Shown: positions 8,518 through 18,966 of the stretch, piece after piece | How positions within the stretch are numbered: position 1 is the first letter of the stretch | Layout of the letters: every line of letters begins with the position of its first letter | From: Marinicella sp. | Lineage (GTDB): Bacteria; Pseudomonadota; Gammaproteobacteria; Xanthomonadales; Marinicellaceae | DNA: 64,000 nucleotides | Direction of reading: 5' to 3' | Assembly (NCBI GenBank): GCA_965230295.1 | Contig: OZ246001.1 | Span: forward strand, 640,001 to 704,000 | Made by a program: the position numbers and the translations under genes | Notes under the pieces: generated by a model | What the model was told of the DNA's origin: nothing | Seen by the model: the letters and a program-made list of their open reading frames with translations, nothing else | Database searches by the model: none

Positions 8518-10799
8518 TGTTAGACATTCATTTAGACCAAAGCATCAATAAAATTTATAAATTGGCACGCAAGCGCCGCCATGAATTATTGACCATGGAA
8601 CATTTGATGTTGGCTTTGATCAACAACAAACATGCCAGCCAAATATTGAACACCGTTGGCGCAGATAAACAATTACTACAACAGGAATTGGAGGTTTTGA
8701 TCGGACAACATGTCAAAATCCTGCCCGCAGACTCAGAGCTGGAAACCCAACCTACCCTGGCCTTCAGGCGCGTCATTCAACGGGCCATTTATTCTGCCCA
8801 ATCTGCAGAATTGAAGAATGTAACCGGAGACCGGGTGTTGGTCGCCATGTTTGATGAAATGGATTCTCATGTGGTTTATTTATTGAACAAACAAGGGATC
8901 ACTCGATTTGATGTGGTGCGCAGCATCGCTCATGGCGACACCGATTCGATCGATGACCCATTAAAACCAGACACCATTGAGCAAAATGATGAGCCATTGG
9001 CTGAAGTTGAGAAAAAGGATTCCGGCAAAGAATTTTTGGTCGACCTCAATGCCAAAGCGGCAGCTGGCGACATCGATCCTTTGATCGGTAGGACCGAAGA
9101 GCTAGAACGCATGATCCAAATTTTGATGCGTCGATCAAAAAACAATCCTTTACTGGTCGGCGAACCCGGTGTTGGTAAAACAGCCATCGCTGAAGGACTG
9201 GCCTTGCATGTCGTCAATAAACAGGTACCACAGGTGATGCAAGATGCCCATGTTTTTGCTCTGGACTTAGGTGGATTGTTGGCAGGAACAAAATACCGAG
9301 GAGACTTTGAAAAACGATTAAAAGCGGTGATCAAGTACATCCAGGGGATTGAACATGCCATCATGTTTATCGATGAAATTCATACCATCATTGGGGCAGG
9401 TGCCGTCTCAGGTGGGTCTTTAGATGCTTCAAATTTATTGAAACCTGCACTCAGTAAAGGAGCTTTGCGCTGTATTGGCGCCACCACACAAGAAGAAGTT
9501 CGCAATGTCTTTGATCGTGATCGAGCCTTGTCCAGAAGATTCCAAAAAATAACCATCACAGAACCCACTCAAGACGAAGCCATTGAAATCATCAAAGGAT
9601 TACAACCCCACTTTGAAGCGTTTCATGGAGTCAACTATGAAGAATCTGCCATCACGGCTGCTGTCAAGATGTCGGCCAAGCACATCAGTGATAAATTTTT
9701 GCCTGACAAAGCCATCGATGCCATCGACGAAGCAGGTTCATGGCAAAAAATAAATGGTCTTCAAGATCAAGCCATCATCGATTCAGACATCAAACGTGTG
9801 GTTGCATCGATCGCAAAAATTCCTGTCGATGACTTGAATCATGAAGACGGTCAACAATTACAAGCCATCGAACGCAATTTACAACATGTGATTTTTGGCC
9901 AGGATGAGGCCATTGATACACTGGCCACAGCCATTAAGATGGCACGCGCAGGCTTGAATCGTGACAACCGCACCGTTGCCAATTTGATTTTTGCTGGACC
10001 AACTGGTGTCGGAAAAACTGAAGTGGTGAAACAATTGTCACACCATTTGGGTTTGAAGTTGATTCGATTTGACATGTCAGAGTACATGGAACCGCACACA
10101 GTGGCGAAAATGATCGGTGCCCCACCAGGGTACGTTGGCCATGACCAAGGCGGTTTGCTGACCGATAAAGTACACCAAACACCTCACAGCATTGTTTTAC
10201 TTGATGAAATCGAAAAAGCACACCCGGATGTGATGAACATCTTGTTGCAAGTTATGGATAATGGAAAATTGACAGACTCTAACGGCAGAGAAACTGATTT
10301 TCGCAATGTGTTGTTGGTGATGACCACCAATGCAGGTGCTGCAGCATTCAGCCAGAATAGCTTTGGATTCTTAGATCAAGACCACAGCTCAGACGCCATG
10401 ATTGAATTAAACCGTCATTTCACCCCTGAATTCCGCAATAGATTAGATGCCATTGTGCCATTTCAGTCGTTAGAAAAAGTTCACATTGAAAAAATAGTTG
10501 ATAAGATCATCATTGAATTGGAACAACAATTAAAAGACCCAGGCATCACCTTCAGTATCAGCCAACAAGCCAGAGAATGGTTGGTTGGTAAAGGTTATAA
10601 CCCGGAGATGGGCGCCAGACCGATGCAAAGAGCCATTGACCAGCACGTGAAGAAACCATTGGTTGATGAAATACTGTTTGGACAGCTGAAAAATGGTGGA
10701 TTGGTCAAAATCAGTGTCATCAATGATGAACTGAATTTTGAAATCATTCCAAGCAGGTTGCTGTTGTCTGCTGTGGAGGAAAGTCCAACAGCACATTGA
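8517..10799 (+). CDS. clpA: Clp protease ATP-binding subunit ClpA
   Basis: Two AAA modules (GEPGVGKT, GPTGVGKT), RFDMSEYME; TGATG coupling to clpS. Confidence 0.96.
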   Translation: MLDIHLDQSINKIYKLARKRRHELLTMEHLMLALINNKHASQILNTVGADKQLLQQELEVLIGQHVKILPADSELETQPTLAFRRVIQRAIYSAQSAELKNVTGDRVLVAMFDEMDSHVVYLLNKQGITRFDVVRSIAHGDTDSIDDPLKPDTIEQNDEPLAEVEKKDSGKEFLVDLNAKAAAGDIDPLIGRTEELERMIQILMRRSKNNPLLVGEPGVGKTAIAEGLALHVVNKQVPQVMQDAHVFALDLGGLLAGTKYRGDFEKRLKAVIKYIQGIEHAIMFIDEIHTIIGAGAVSGGSLDASNLLKPALSKGALRCIGATTQEEVRNVFDRDRALSRRFQKITITEPTQDEAIEIIKGLQPHFEAFHGVNYEESAITAAVKMSAKHISDKFLPDKAIDAIDEAGSWQKINGLQDQAIIDSDIKRVVASIAKIPVDDLNHEDGQQLQAIERNLQHVIFGQDEAIDTLATAIKMARAGLNRDNRTVANLIFAGPTGVGKTEVVKQLSHHLGLKLIRFDMSEYMEPHTVAKMIGAPPGYVGHDQGGLLTDKVHQTPHSIVLLDEIEKAHPDVMNILLQVMDNGKLTDSNGRETDFRNVLLVMTTNAGAAAFSQNSFGFLDQDHSSDAMIELNRHFTPEFRNRLDAIVPFQSLEKVHIEKIVDKIIIELEQQLKDPGITFSISQQAREWLVGKGYNPEMGARPMQRAIDQHVKKPLVDEILFGQLKNGGLVKISVINDELNFEIIPSRLLLSAVEESPTAH

Positions 10800-10803
10800 A
10801 GAA

Positions 10804-11022
10804 TTATTTACTGCGGAATGTGATGCGACCTTTACTTAAATCGTAAGGTGTGAGTTCAACTGTAACGGTATCGCCAGTTAATATTCTGATGTAGTGTTTA
10901 CGCATGCGACCTGAAATGTGAGCGGTTACAATGTGACCGTTCTCCAATTCAACTCTGAACATGGTATTAGGTAAGGTATCAATCACTTTACCTTCTAATT
11001 CAATTACGTCTTCTTTCGCCAT
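10804..11022 (-). CDS. infA: translation initiation factor IF-1
   Basis: [11 protein letters not shown]...[14 protein letters not shown]. Confidence 0.98.
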   Translation of the reverse strand: MAKEDVIELEGKVIDTLPNTMFRVELENGHIVTAHISGRMRKHYIRILTGDTVTVELTPYDLSKGRITFRSK

Positions 11023-11187
11023 ATATTTACAAGTTTAAAAAACGCGTATTCTATCAGATCTATTTCAATCTTGCATAAAACTTATCAGAAGTTATTCAGC
11101 CTTGATTCAGTTATTCAAACCCCGTCTCAAAACCGGGGGCAGTTAACACTCAATGAATGGGCATGGGTGAGTTTTTACTGTTTCAGT

Positions 11188-11859
11188 TTAATTCAATTGC
11201 CAGTCTATAGGTCTATGACCAGCATCAGTTAAGTATTGATTACATTTGGAAAAATGATGACAACCCAGAAAACCCCTGTGAGCAGACAAAGGAGATGGGT
11301 GCGGCGCTTTTAAGATCAAATGTTTAGCCGGGTCAATTTGACTGCCCTTTTTTTGCGCATAGGCGCCCCAAAGCATAAAAACCACATGCGCAGCTTCGCG
11401 GTTGATGAGCTCAATGATTCGATCGGTGAATTGTTCCCAGCCTCGGCCCTGGTGACTGGCCGCATGGGCCTGTTCTACACTCAGCACACTGTTCAGTAAC
11501 AACACCCCTTGTTTGGCCCAAGCAGTTAAATTACCCGAGCTGTTGTTGATCCCTAAATCTTGGCTGATTTCTTTAAAAATGTTAACCAAAGATGGTGGTG
11601 ACCTGACCCCATCTGGCACAGAAAATGACAAGCCGTGTGCCTGACCTGGACCGTGGTAAGGATCTTGCCCTAATATGACCACTTTAACTTGCTCTAATGG
11701 CGTGGTGTTGAGCGCATTGAACATCAAATTTCCAGGAGGGTAAATGTGTTTTCTTTGTTGTTTTTCTGCCTGGAGGAACGATCTGAGCGAGCGCATATAA
11801 GGCTTTTCAAATTCAGGCTGTAAGTGCCTCAACCAGCTGGGATCAAGTTGTGGGGTCAT
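11188..11859 (-). CDS. ung: uracil-DNA glycosylase
   Basis: GQDPYH, HPSPLS. Confidence 0.97.
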   Translation of the reverse strand: MTPQLDPSWLRHLQPEFEKPYMRSLRSFLQAEKQQRKHIYPPGNLMFNALNTTPLEQVKVVILGQDPYHGPGQAHGLSFSVPDGVRSPPSLVNIFKEISQDLGINNSSGNLTAWAKQGVLLLNSVLSVEQAHAASHQGRGWEQFTDRIIELINREAAHVVFMLWGAYAQKKGSQIDPAKHLILKAPHPSPLSAHRGFLGCHHFSKCNQYLTDAGHRPIDWQLN

Positions 11860-12665
11860 GTATTGTTTTGGGTTTTTTCACGATGGAACTGGGTAAACCG
11901 GATTTGAAACTTAATTTTTTTCACCAGGGCCTCCTGGTTGACAGGCTTCCCAATCAGGTCATTGGCACCTAAGTTCAAAATTTGTTTTTGATTCTCGGTA
12001 TTTTCATCCCCTGTCATGATCACAAATGGCATTTCTATTTTATCCATGCCTAAATCATTGCGAACATAGTCCAGAATTTCCAAGGCGGTTTCATTGTTTT
12101 TCAGGTAATAATCTGTCAGGACCAGTTCAAATTGATCATAAGCACTTTCTTTGGTTGGGATGAGTGCTTTGGCGTCGGTCACGTTGATGGTGTGGGTGAT
12201 TTCCAAATTATGATTTTGTAACAGTTTTTTGGTGGCATGAGCCACCACGGCTGAATCTTCAATATACAGGATCTTGCCATTGATTTGGTCATCTGGACGC
12301 AGTAATCCTCGCAGGAATATTTCCAAGCCTTTTTGGCCTGCTGCTTTATCGATGTAGTCAGTCACATCGCTGGTTAACATGCGGTCTTTTAAACGGGCAT
12401 CAACATCACCTGAGACAATGATGACCGGTAGGTAGTGATGATTTTCCCTGACGTATTGGCATATGACAGTGCCATCATCATCCGGCAGGCGCAAAGCAGA
12501 AATGATTAAATCAACACGATTGTTTTGTAGTTTATCAATGGCTTGTGCCACAGTGTCCACAGAAAATACATCTGTATATGGCCTGATTTTTTTAACCAGC
12601 TTCTCTGTCAATCTTCTGGCTAACTTAGAAGAGTCAGCAATCAAAACTTTTTGTGATTCACTCAT
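11856..12665 (-). CDS. tandem-receiver response regulator without output domain
   Basis: Two REC domains (IADSS...LIISAL; YIEDS...VLTDYY...MTG...KP). Confidence 0.85.
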   Translation of the reverse strand: MSESQKVLIADSSKLARRLTEKLVKKIRPYTDVFSVDTVAQAIDKLQNNRVDLIISALRLPDDDGTVICQYVRENHHYLPVIIVSGDVDARLKDRMLTSDVTDYIDKAAGQKGLEIFLRGLLRPDDQINGKILYIEDSAVVAHATKKLLQNHNLEITHTINVTDAKALIPTKESAYDQFELVLTDYYLKNNETALEILDYVRNDLGMDKIEMPFVIMTGDENTENQKQILNLGANDLIGKPVNQEALVKKIKFQIRFTQFHREKTQNNT

Positions 12666-12748
12666 GCGATCATTGTACACCAATCATTGCTATCCAACGG
12701 GCCGATTGTCTAAATTTGTGTGTGTCATCATAAAATCAAAGCCATTTC

Positions 12749-13684
12749 TTATAAATTTCTGATGTGGTTGGTGGCACTGATTCTGGCACCTGCCCATGAA
12801 ATGAACACCACGATTATAATAAACCACATCACTTCAAAGCCAAAAGGCGTTCTTAACTGAATAGATTGGCCGAAGGATGCTGACAATTCCTGGATGGGGG
12901 CAGCCAACCACCATAAAGTCAAATTCAACAACAAAATAGCGAGCATGGCCGCAACCAAGCCATAATAAATCCCGCCATATAAGAACCGCCGGCGTATCTG
13001 TCCAGCTGTGGCGCCGAGTAATTTCTTCAAACCAATCTCGCCCTTGTGAGCTGACACTTCACTGCCAATTGAGTGGCTCAAAAATACAAACACGATGATC
13101 AAGAAAACCACTATGCTGGCTTGCATCAAATAATAAAATGCTTGGGTGAGTGATTTAAGCTGATTGAACCAATCAGAATCAAAACTCACATAATCAATGT
13201 CTGCGTGTAATTGCAGTTTCTGAGTCATGCTTTGAATCTGTTCGGTGGTGGCATTGGGGTGTGGCTTAAGTAAAATTTGATCAGGCAATTCGTGGGTTTT
13301 GATCACGTCAATGATTTGGTTCAATTGTGGGTCTTCATTGAGGTTGGCTTTGATGGTGTCATTATCGACCACAGTGACTTCAGCAATCAGGTTTCGGTCA
13401 TTCAAATCATGCTTCAACGCCGTAACTTGATTGACATCCAAGCCTTTTTTTAAGAACAGCGCGACACTGCCCTGCCCTTGCCACTGATCCTCCACTTCAG
13501 CAAAATTTTGCCACATGGTCCACATGATCAATGGTAAATAAAAACAAATGCCCAGGGTTATGACCGTAAACAAACTGGCATAAGGAGATTTCAATGGCAT
13601 TCTGAAGCCTTCTGCCATGGCCCTTAGGTGGCCCCGGTACCAGCGTTTGAATGGACTTGGAATTTGTTTAGCGGGTTGATTCAT
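12749..13684 (-). CDS. ftsX: cell division permease FtsX
   Basis: TM1, periplasmic domain, then EIGLKKLLGAT..IRRRFLY; follows ftsE. Confidence 0.88.
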   Translation of the reverse strand: MNQPAKQIPSPFKRWYRGHLRAMAEGFRMPLKSPYASLFTVITLGICFYLPLIMWTMWQNFAEVEDQWQGQGSVALFLKKGLDVNQVTALKHDLNDRNLIAEVTVVDNDTIKANLNEDPQLNQIIDVIKTHELPDQILLKPHPNATTEQIQSMTQKLQLHADIDYVSFDSDWFNQLKSLTQAFYYLMQASIVVFLIIVFVFLSHSIGSEVSAHKGEIGLKKLLGATAGQIRRRFLYGGIYYGLVAAMLAILLLNLTLWWLAAPIQELSASFGQSIQLRTPFGFEVMWFIIIVVFISWAGARISATNHIRNL

Positions 13685-14352
13685 GACGGTCGGTAATCAT
13701 CTATCAATTGTCCTGAATCCAGAATCAAAACCCGTTTCCGCAATCGTTTGATCAAAATCAAATCATGAGAAGCAATCACCACCGTGGTACCCGCATCATT
13801 GATTTTCATGAACAGCTCCATCAATTCCAGTGACAAATCAGGGTCTAAGTTACCTGTGGGCTCATCTGCCAACAAAATGTCCGGCTTACTGACAATGGCC
13901 CGAGCGATTCCAACCCTTTGTTGTTGCCCACTGGACAATTGACTCGGATAATATTGTAGTTTTTCGGCCAAGCCAACTTGCTGCAATATGACTCGAGACT
14001 GTTTCAAACTTTCACTTTGACCATATCCCCTGATCCATAAAGACAAAGCCACATTGTCTAGAATCGTGCGGTTCTCTAGCAGCCTGTGGTCTTGAAAAAT
14101 CATACCCAGGCCCTGGCGGTATTTGGGCAGTTGATGTTCCTTTAACTGTCTCAATTGATAACCATTGACATTGGCCTGACCATAACTCATTTCTTCAATT
14201 TTCATGATGAGTTTCAGAATTGAAGTTTTACCCGCACCTGAATGTCCTGTGAGGAACAGCATCTCACCAGCTTCAACTCCAAAACTGACATCCGCCAAGG
14301 CTTTGTTGTGTTTGCCATAGGACTTACTGACTCGGTTGAATTCTATGATCAT
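13681..14352 (-). CDS. ftsE: cell division ATP-binding protein FtsE
   Basis: GHSGAGKT, IFQDHRLL, LSSGQQQRVGIARA, ADEPTGNLD. Confidence 0.93.
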   Translation of the reverse strand: MIIEFNRVSKSYGKHNKALADVSFGVEAGEMLFLTGHSGAGKTSILKLIMKIEEMSYGQANVNGYQLRQLKEHQLPKYRQGLGMIFQDHRLLENRTILDNVALSLWIRGYGQSESLKQSRVILQQVGLAEKLQYYPSQLSSGQQQRVGIARAIVSKPDILLADEPTGNLDPDLSLELMELFMKINDAGTTVVIASHDLILIKRLRKRVLILDSGQLIDDYRPS

Positions 14353-14369
14353 GCTTAAGAATATCTGGG

Positions 14370-15587
14370 TTATTGAATGATGGTATTGATTTGAAAAATA
14401 GGCAACAACATGGCCAAAACGATAAATAATACCATCAAACCGACAAATAAAATAGCCAAAGGCTGGATGGCCCCAATCAGGGTTTTGATTTTATTCTCCA
14501 CATCTTTTTCCTGAACCAAGGCGGATCTGACCAACATTTGACTCAGTTGTCCACCTTGTTCACCAGAATGCACCAATTTTATGCTCAATGGCGGGAATTG
14601 CCCTGTATTTTTCATCGCTTGTGCCAACGAGCTGCCTTCTCTGACCGCTGTTGCTGTTTGTTCACAGGCTTGTTTAATGATTTCATTGTTGACCACTTTT
14701 TTGGCCAAGGATAAAGAGGACACGATGGGTACTGCACTTTGCGTCAAAATGCCTAATGTGCGGGTAAACCTGGCCGCCTGTGCGACGCGGATTAACCGGC
14801 CGATACCAGGCACCCTTAATAGCAGTTGGTGCCAAGCCAATCGAAACGGCGGGTAATTGCGCAACACCAAAAAGCCCACCAATAACAACAGCATAAACAG
14901 CAACAGATACAAGCCGTAGTTTGACAAAAAACCACTCAATGATATCAATACCCGAGTCATGGCTGGTAATTGAACTTGGCTGCTTTCAAAAACCTGAATC
15001 ACTTTAGGCACAATATAAACCATCAAACCAGCCACCACCAATATGGCTGTCACCATCAACACCATGGGGTAAATCAACGCTGAAGTAGACTGCTTGCCCA
15101 TTTCATCACGTGTTTCTAAATAGTCAGCAAGCTGTAACAGCACGGGTTCTAACTGACCTGACTGTTCACCGGCTTCAATACTGGTTGCAATCAGTTCATC
15201 AAAAGCTTTAGGAAAAATTCGCATCGCAGACGCCAATGACTGCCCTTCCATAACTTTGGCGTGGATGGTGGATAGAATTCGCTCACTGTTCTTGCTTTCA
15301 CTTTGTTCTATCAATGTTTTCAAGGCATCATCAATGGGCAGACCGGCTTGCACCAGAGTGGCCAATTGTCTGATCAACAATGGCAATTCAGTTTTCTTTA
15401 ATGACAACCGTTGAGTTCGCAGCTGGCTTTGGTTTTGAGGGGAGCGCTCTATGACTTGAGATATTTGGACAGGGGTCAGCGCTTGGTTGCGCAACAATTG
15501 CCTGGCTTGTTTTTCGTTGTCAGCCTGGATGATGCCTTTTTTCTGCTTGCCACTGGAATCTATAGAGGTGTATTCAAACGCTTCCAT
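14370..15587 (-). CDS. gspF: type II secretion inner membrane protein F
   Basis: RQLATLVQAGLP, AGEQSGQL, ALIYP; last gene of the gspCDEF run. Confidence 0.92.
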   Translation of the reverse strand: MEAFEYTSIDSSGKQKKGIIQADNEKQARQLLRNQALTPVQISQVIERSPQNQSQLRTQRLSLKKTELPLLIRQLATLVQAGLPIDDALKTLIEQSESKNSERILSTIHAKVMEGQSLASAMRIFPKAFDELIATSIEAGEQSGQLEPVLLQLADYLETRDEMGKQSTSALIYPMVLMVTAILVVAGLMVYIVPKVIQVFESSQVQLPAMTRVLISLSGFLSNYGLYLLLFMLLLLVGFLVLRNYPPFRLAWHQLLLRVPGIGRLIRVAQAARFTRTLGILTQSAVPIVSSLSLAKKVVNNEIIKQACEQTATAVREGSSLAQAMKNTGQFPPLSIKLVHSGEQGGQLSQMLVRSALVQEKDVENKIKTLIGAIQPLAILFVGLMVLFIVLAMLLPIFQINTIIQ

Positions 15588-15592
15588 CGATT

Positions 15593-17077
15593 CTACCCAC
15601 TGTGTATGACACGTAAAATTTCATCAACCGTGGTCTGACCTGCCAACAGCTTTTCCCTGGCATCAGCTTGGATGCTGGAGTGAACCTGGTGGGCATAAGC
15701 GGCCAACTCACTTTCAGCTTTGTTCTGATGAATCATGCTTTTGAGTTGCTGATCCATGGTGATGATTTCAAACACACCCAGCCGACCCGAATAAGCTTGA
15801 TTAACCGGCAATGTTTCATCGGCCTGGAAAATCGAAGTGGTGTCACTTGGCAGAGACAGGGCTTGGATCATCTGTGCATCCAAAGCTTGGGGTATTCGCG
15901 TTTCGGGATCTAGCTGTTTGACCAATCGTTGCGCAATAACAGCCTTGACAGATGATGCCAACAAGAACGGTGGCACTCCCATATCAATCAGTCGTGTGAT
16001 GGCCCCAACCGCTGTGTTGGTGTGTAAAGTAGAAAAAACCAAGTGTCCTGTTAAACTGGCCTGAATCGCAATTTCAGCCGTTTCTAAATCGCGTATCTCA
16101 CCAATCATGATGACATCTGGATCTTGACGCAAGATGGCACGCAATCCCCTGGCAAAAGACATGTCAACCTTGCTGTTGACTTGAGTTTGGCTGATACCTT
16201 CCAAATGGTATTCAATGGGATCTTCTATCGTCATGATATTGCGCGAACGCTCATTGATGGCTTCAATCGCAGCATATAAACTGGTGGTTTTACCAGAACC
16301 CGTCGGGCCAGTCACCAAAATGATGCCATGGGGTAATTTAACCAATTGCTGCATCATATCTAAATGGGCTTGGTTCATGCCCAATTGTTTCAAACTTAAT
16401 TGGCCTGCTTGTTTATCCAACAGCCGCATCACGATGCGTTCACCAAATGCACCAGGGATGGTTGAGACCCTCACATCGATGGGATGGGCCGCAATTTTCA
16501 ATGAGATGCGTCCGTCTTGAGGCAGTCGCTTTTCAGCAATGTCTAATTTGGACATGATTTTTACCCGCGAAGCAATCATTTGAGCCAAGGATCGATCTGG
16601 GGTCAACACCTCTTGTAACTCACCATCCACTCGATACCTGATCGACAAATGATTTTCACCAGGTTCAATATGAATGTCTGAAGCATTGACCTTAACTGCA
16701 TCAGCCAACAAGGCATTGATCAGACGGATGATTGGGGCATCGTCGTTACTCTCTAACAAGTCTTCTGGTTCTGCCAACACTTCAGCTATTTTTGTTAACT
16801 CTGCTTCGCTGCTGTCTAAATCAGCCACCACATCATCGGTCATGGATTGTTGGTGGTGGTAGATTTTTTGGATGACTTGCTGGTATTCCTCAACCGCAAA
16901 AAAGGTCATTTCAACTGGCTTTTTACTCAGCCGCTGCAATTCAGCAATGGCTGCAGGTGATGCCTTTTTGGAAACAGCCAAGGTGATGGTGCCATCTGGT
17001 TGTTGCTGTAAGATGGTGGCCCCGCGATTTTTCGCAAAGCTGTAAGATGGCAACTTAACAGGGGTGAATTCAGACAT
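15593..17077 (-). CDS. gspE: type II secretion ATPase E
   Basis: ASDIHIEP, GPTGSGKT, LRQDPDVIMIGEIRD, STLHTN. Confidence 0.95.
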   Translation of the reverse strand: MSEFTPVKLPSYSFAKNRGATILQQQPDGTITLAVSKKASPAAIAELQRLSKKPVEMTFFAVEEYQQVIQKIYHHQQSMTDDVVADLDSSEAELTKIAEVLAEPEDLLESNDDAPIIRLINALLADAVKVNASDIHIEPGENHLSIRYRVDGELQEVLTPDRSLAQMIASRVKIMSKLDIAEKRLPQDGRISLKIAAHPIDVRVSTIPGAFGERIVMRLLDKQAGQLSLKQLGMNQAHLDMMQQLVKLPHGIILVTGPTGSGKTTSLYAAIEAINERSRNIMTIEDPIEYHLEGISQTQVNSKVDMSFARGLRAILRQDPDVIMIGEIRDLETAEIAIQASLTGHLVFSTLHTNTAVGAITRLIDMGVPPFLLASSVKAVIAQRLVKQLDPETRIPQALDAQMIQALSLPSDTTSIFQADETLPVNQAYSGRLGVFEIITMDQQLKSMIHQNKAESELAAYAHQVHSSIQADAREKLLAGQTTVDEILRVIHSG

Positions 17078-17082
17078 CAAAT

Positions 17083-18966
17083 TTACTGGTCGTTAGATTC
17101 AGCACCATCCAATGCCGGTAAGGTTGGCTCGCCTCGCCTGAAAGCTTCAGGTGAAATTTCATCCAACTGCTGTTGACGAATTTCATTGTAACGCTGTTTA
17201 CTGATGGCCTCTTGCTGTAAGTCATCACGCAATATTTGCGGGTGAATAAAAATCATCAAATTACGCTTGGTGCGCGTGCGCTTTTTGGTTCTGAATAAAT
17301 TTTTAATCAGAGGGATGTCACCAAGCACCGGTACTTTCTTAATGGTCTCTTGGACCGAATCATCGATCAAACCACCCAATACCAATATGGAATCATCTGG
17401 AATCATCACTGAAGTACTTAATGTACGTTTCTTGGTCACCAAATCAACAGCACTCACCGCTGTGGCATCGATGCTGGAAATCTCTTGTGCAATGTCAACC
17501 ACAATTTGGCCACCTTCATTGATGTGTGGTGTGACAGTCAGTGACAAGCCCACATCTTCACGCTGAATGGTGGTGAACGGGTTGGGCGTACCTTGTGAGT
17601 CTGAATTTCCGGTTGCGGAAAATTGCCCGGTCACGAAGGGCACTTCTTGACCCACAGACAGCGAAGCTTCCTGATGATTTAAGGTAACCACCGAAGGTGT
17701 TGATAAAATGTTGTTGTTACCATTGATACCGATGGCTTTCAATAAACCACCAAATTTCAGGATTTGCTCGCCATTGTTTCCGGTTCCAAAATTCAAGTAC
17801 CCCAAATTCAAACCGCCTGCCAACAAACTACCAAATACATCGACTGGATCGTCTGCACCCAAGTTAGGCAAGGTGTTACCTGTGAATGACCCGCCGACTA
17901 TACCGTCATCACTGTCGCCAGCTATCGGCGCAAACCAATCCACTCCCAGTTCTTTGGAGTTATCCACTGACACCTCAGCAATGATGGCTTCGATCAAAAC
18001 CTGTTGTCTTCTGATATCAAGCATCTCAACAGCTTGCTGGACATTGCGATAAATGGCTGGTGGTGCATTGATCACCAGAGAATTGGTTTCCATATGGGCT
18101 TGGATACTGACATTTTGTTCTGTATTCTCACCTTGGCCACGCTTGGCCAATGTTTCCAAGATCGGAACCAACTTATCAGCAGAAGCGTATTTCAAATACA
18201 CCACTTGGGCTTGTGTGTTGGTATCCAAAGGCACGTCCAAACGTGAAATGATGTTCATTATTTTGGTTTTCAATGATGGATTGGCATTGATAATCACCGC
18301 ATTGGTTCTGGTGTCTGGCACAATTTTTGATTGTGGCCCCAAAGCATTGGATGTCTCCAACAGTTGAGACAAGGTGTCAGCCACATCCTGGGCATTGGCA
18401 TATTGCAAGGGGATCAGGTCGATTGATGAATCAGATTTTCGGTCAATGTTATTGATCAACTGTTCCATTTTATCCACATTGGCGGCTTTGTCCGAAACGA
18501 TCAACAAATTCGAATCTTTGTTACTGATTAATTTGGCTTTGTTGTTCATTGATTTAAGCATTTGCATCACTTCTTCTACAGGAATGTGTTTGATGCGGAA
18601 TATTTTTGTCATCAATTGATCCGGGTGATCACTGGTTAAACCAGCCAAAGGGTTACTTTTTGCAATGGGTATGATCTTGATGGTGTCGCCTTGGGTTTCA
18701 GTAGTGAAACCATTGACACTTAAGATGGATAAAAACAAATCGTAGATCTTGTCTTCTGGCACCGGCTGACCTGAAATCACAGTGATCTTACCGGTCACTT
18801 CAGGGTCAATCACAAAATTCTTGCCAGTGATGTCACTGATGGTTTCTACCAATAACCTGATTTCCGTGTCCTGCAAATTCAGAGTGTGCATGTGATTTTC
18901 GGCCCAGGTGTTGCCAGCTATTGCCAAAAAGAACAGACAGATTAGGGTTATTCGCGTTTTTTTCAT
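17083..18966 (-). CDS. gspD: type II secretion secretin D
   Basis: Signal peptide, N0-N3 domains, QVLIEAIIAEV, VPVLGDIPLI..LF. Confidence 0.94.
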   Translation of the reverse strand: MKKTRITLICLFFLAIAGNTWAENHMHTLNLQDTEIRLLVETISDITGKNFVIDPEVTGKITVISGQPVPEDKIYDLFLSILSVNGFTTETQGDTIKIIPIAKSNPLAGLTSDHPDQLMTKIFRIKHIPVEEVMQMLKSMNNKAKLISNKDSNLLIVSDKAANVDKMEQLINNIDRKSDSSIDLIPLQYANAQDVADTLSQLLETSNALGPQSKIVPDTRTNAVIINANPSLKTKIMNIISRLDVPLDTNTQAQVVYLKYASADKLVPILETLAKRGQGENTEQNVSIQAHMETNSLVINAPPAIYRNVQQAVEMLDIRRQQVLIEAIIAEVSVDNSKELGVDWFAPIAGDSDDGIVGGSFTGNTLPNLGADDPVDVFGSLLAGGLNLGYLNFGTGNNGEQILKFGGLLKAIGINGNNNILSTPSVVTLNHQEASLSVGQEVPFVTGQFSATGNSDSQGTPNPFTTIQREDVGLSLTVTPHINEGGQIVVDIAQEISSIDATAVSAVDLVTKKRTLSTSVMIPDDSILVLGGLIDDSVQETIKKVPVLGDIPLIKNLFRTKKRTRTKRNLMIFIHPQILRDDLQQEAISKQRYNEIRQQQLDEISPEAFRRGEPTLPALDGAESNDQ

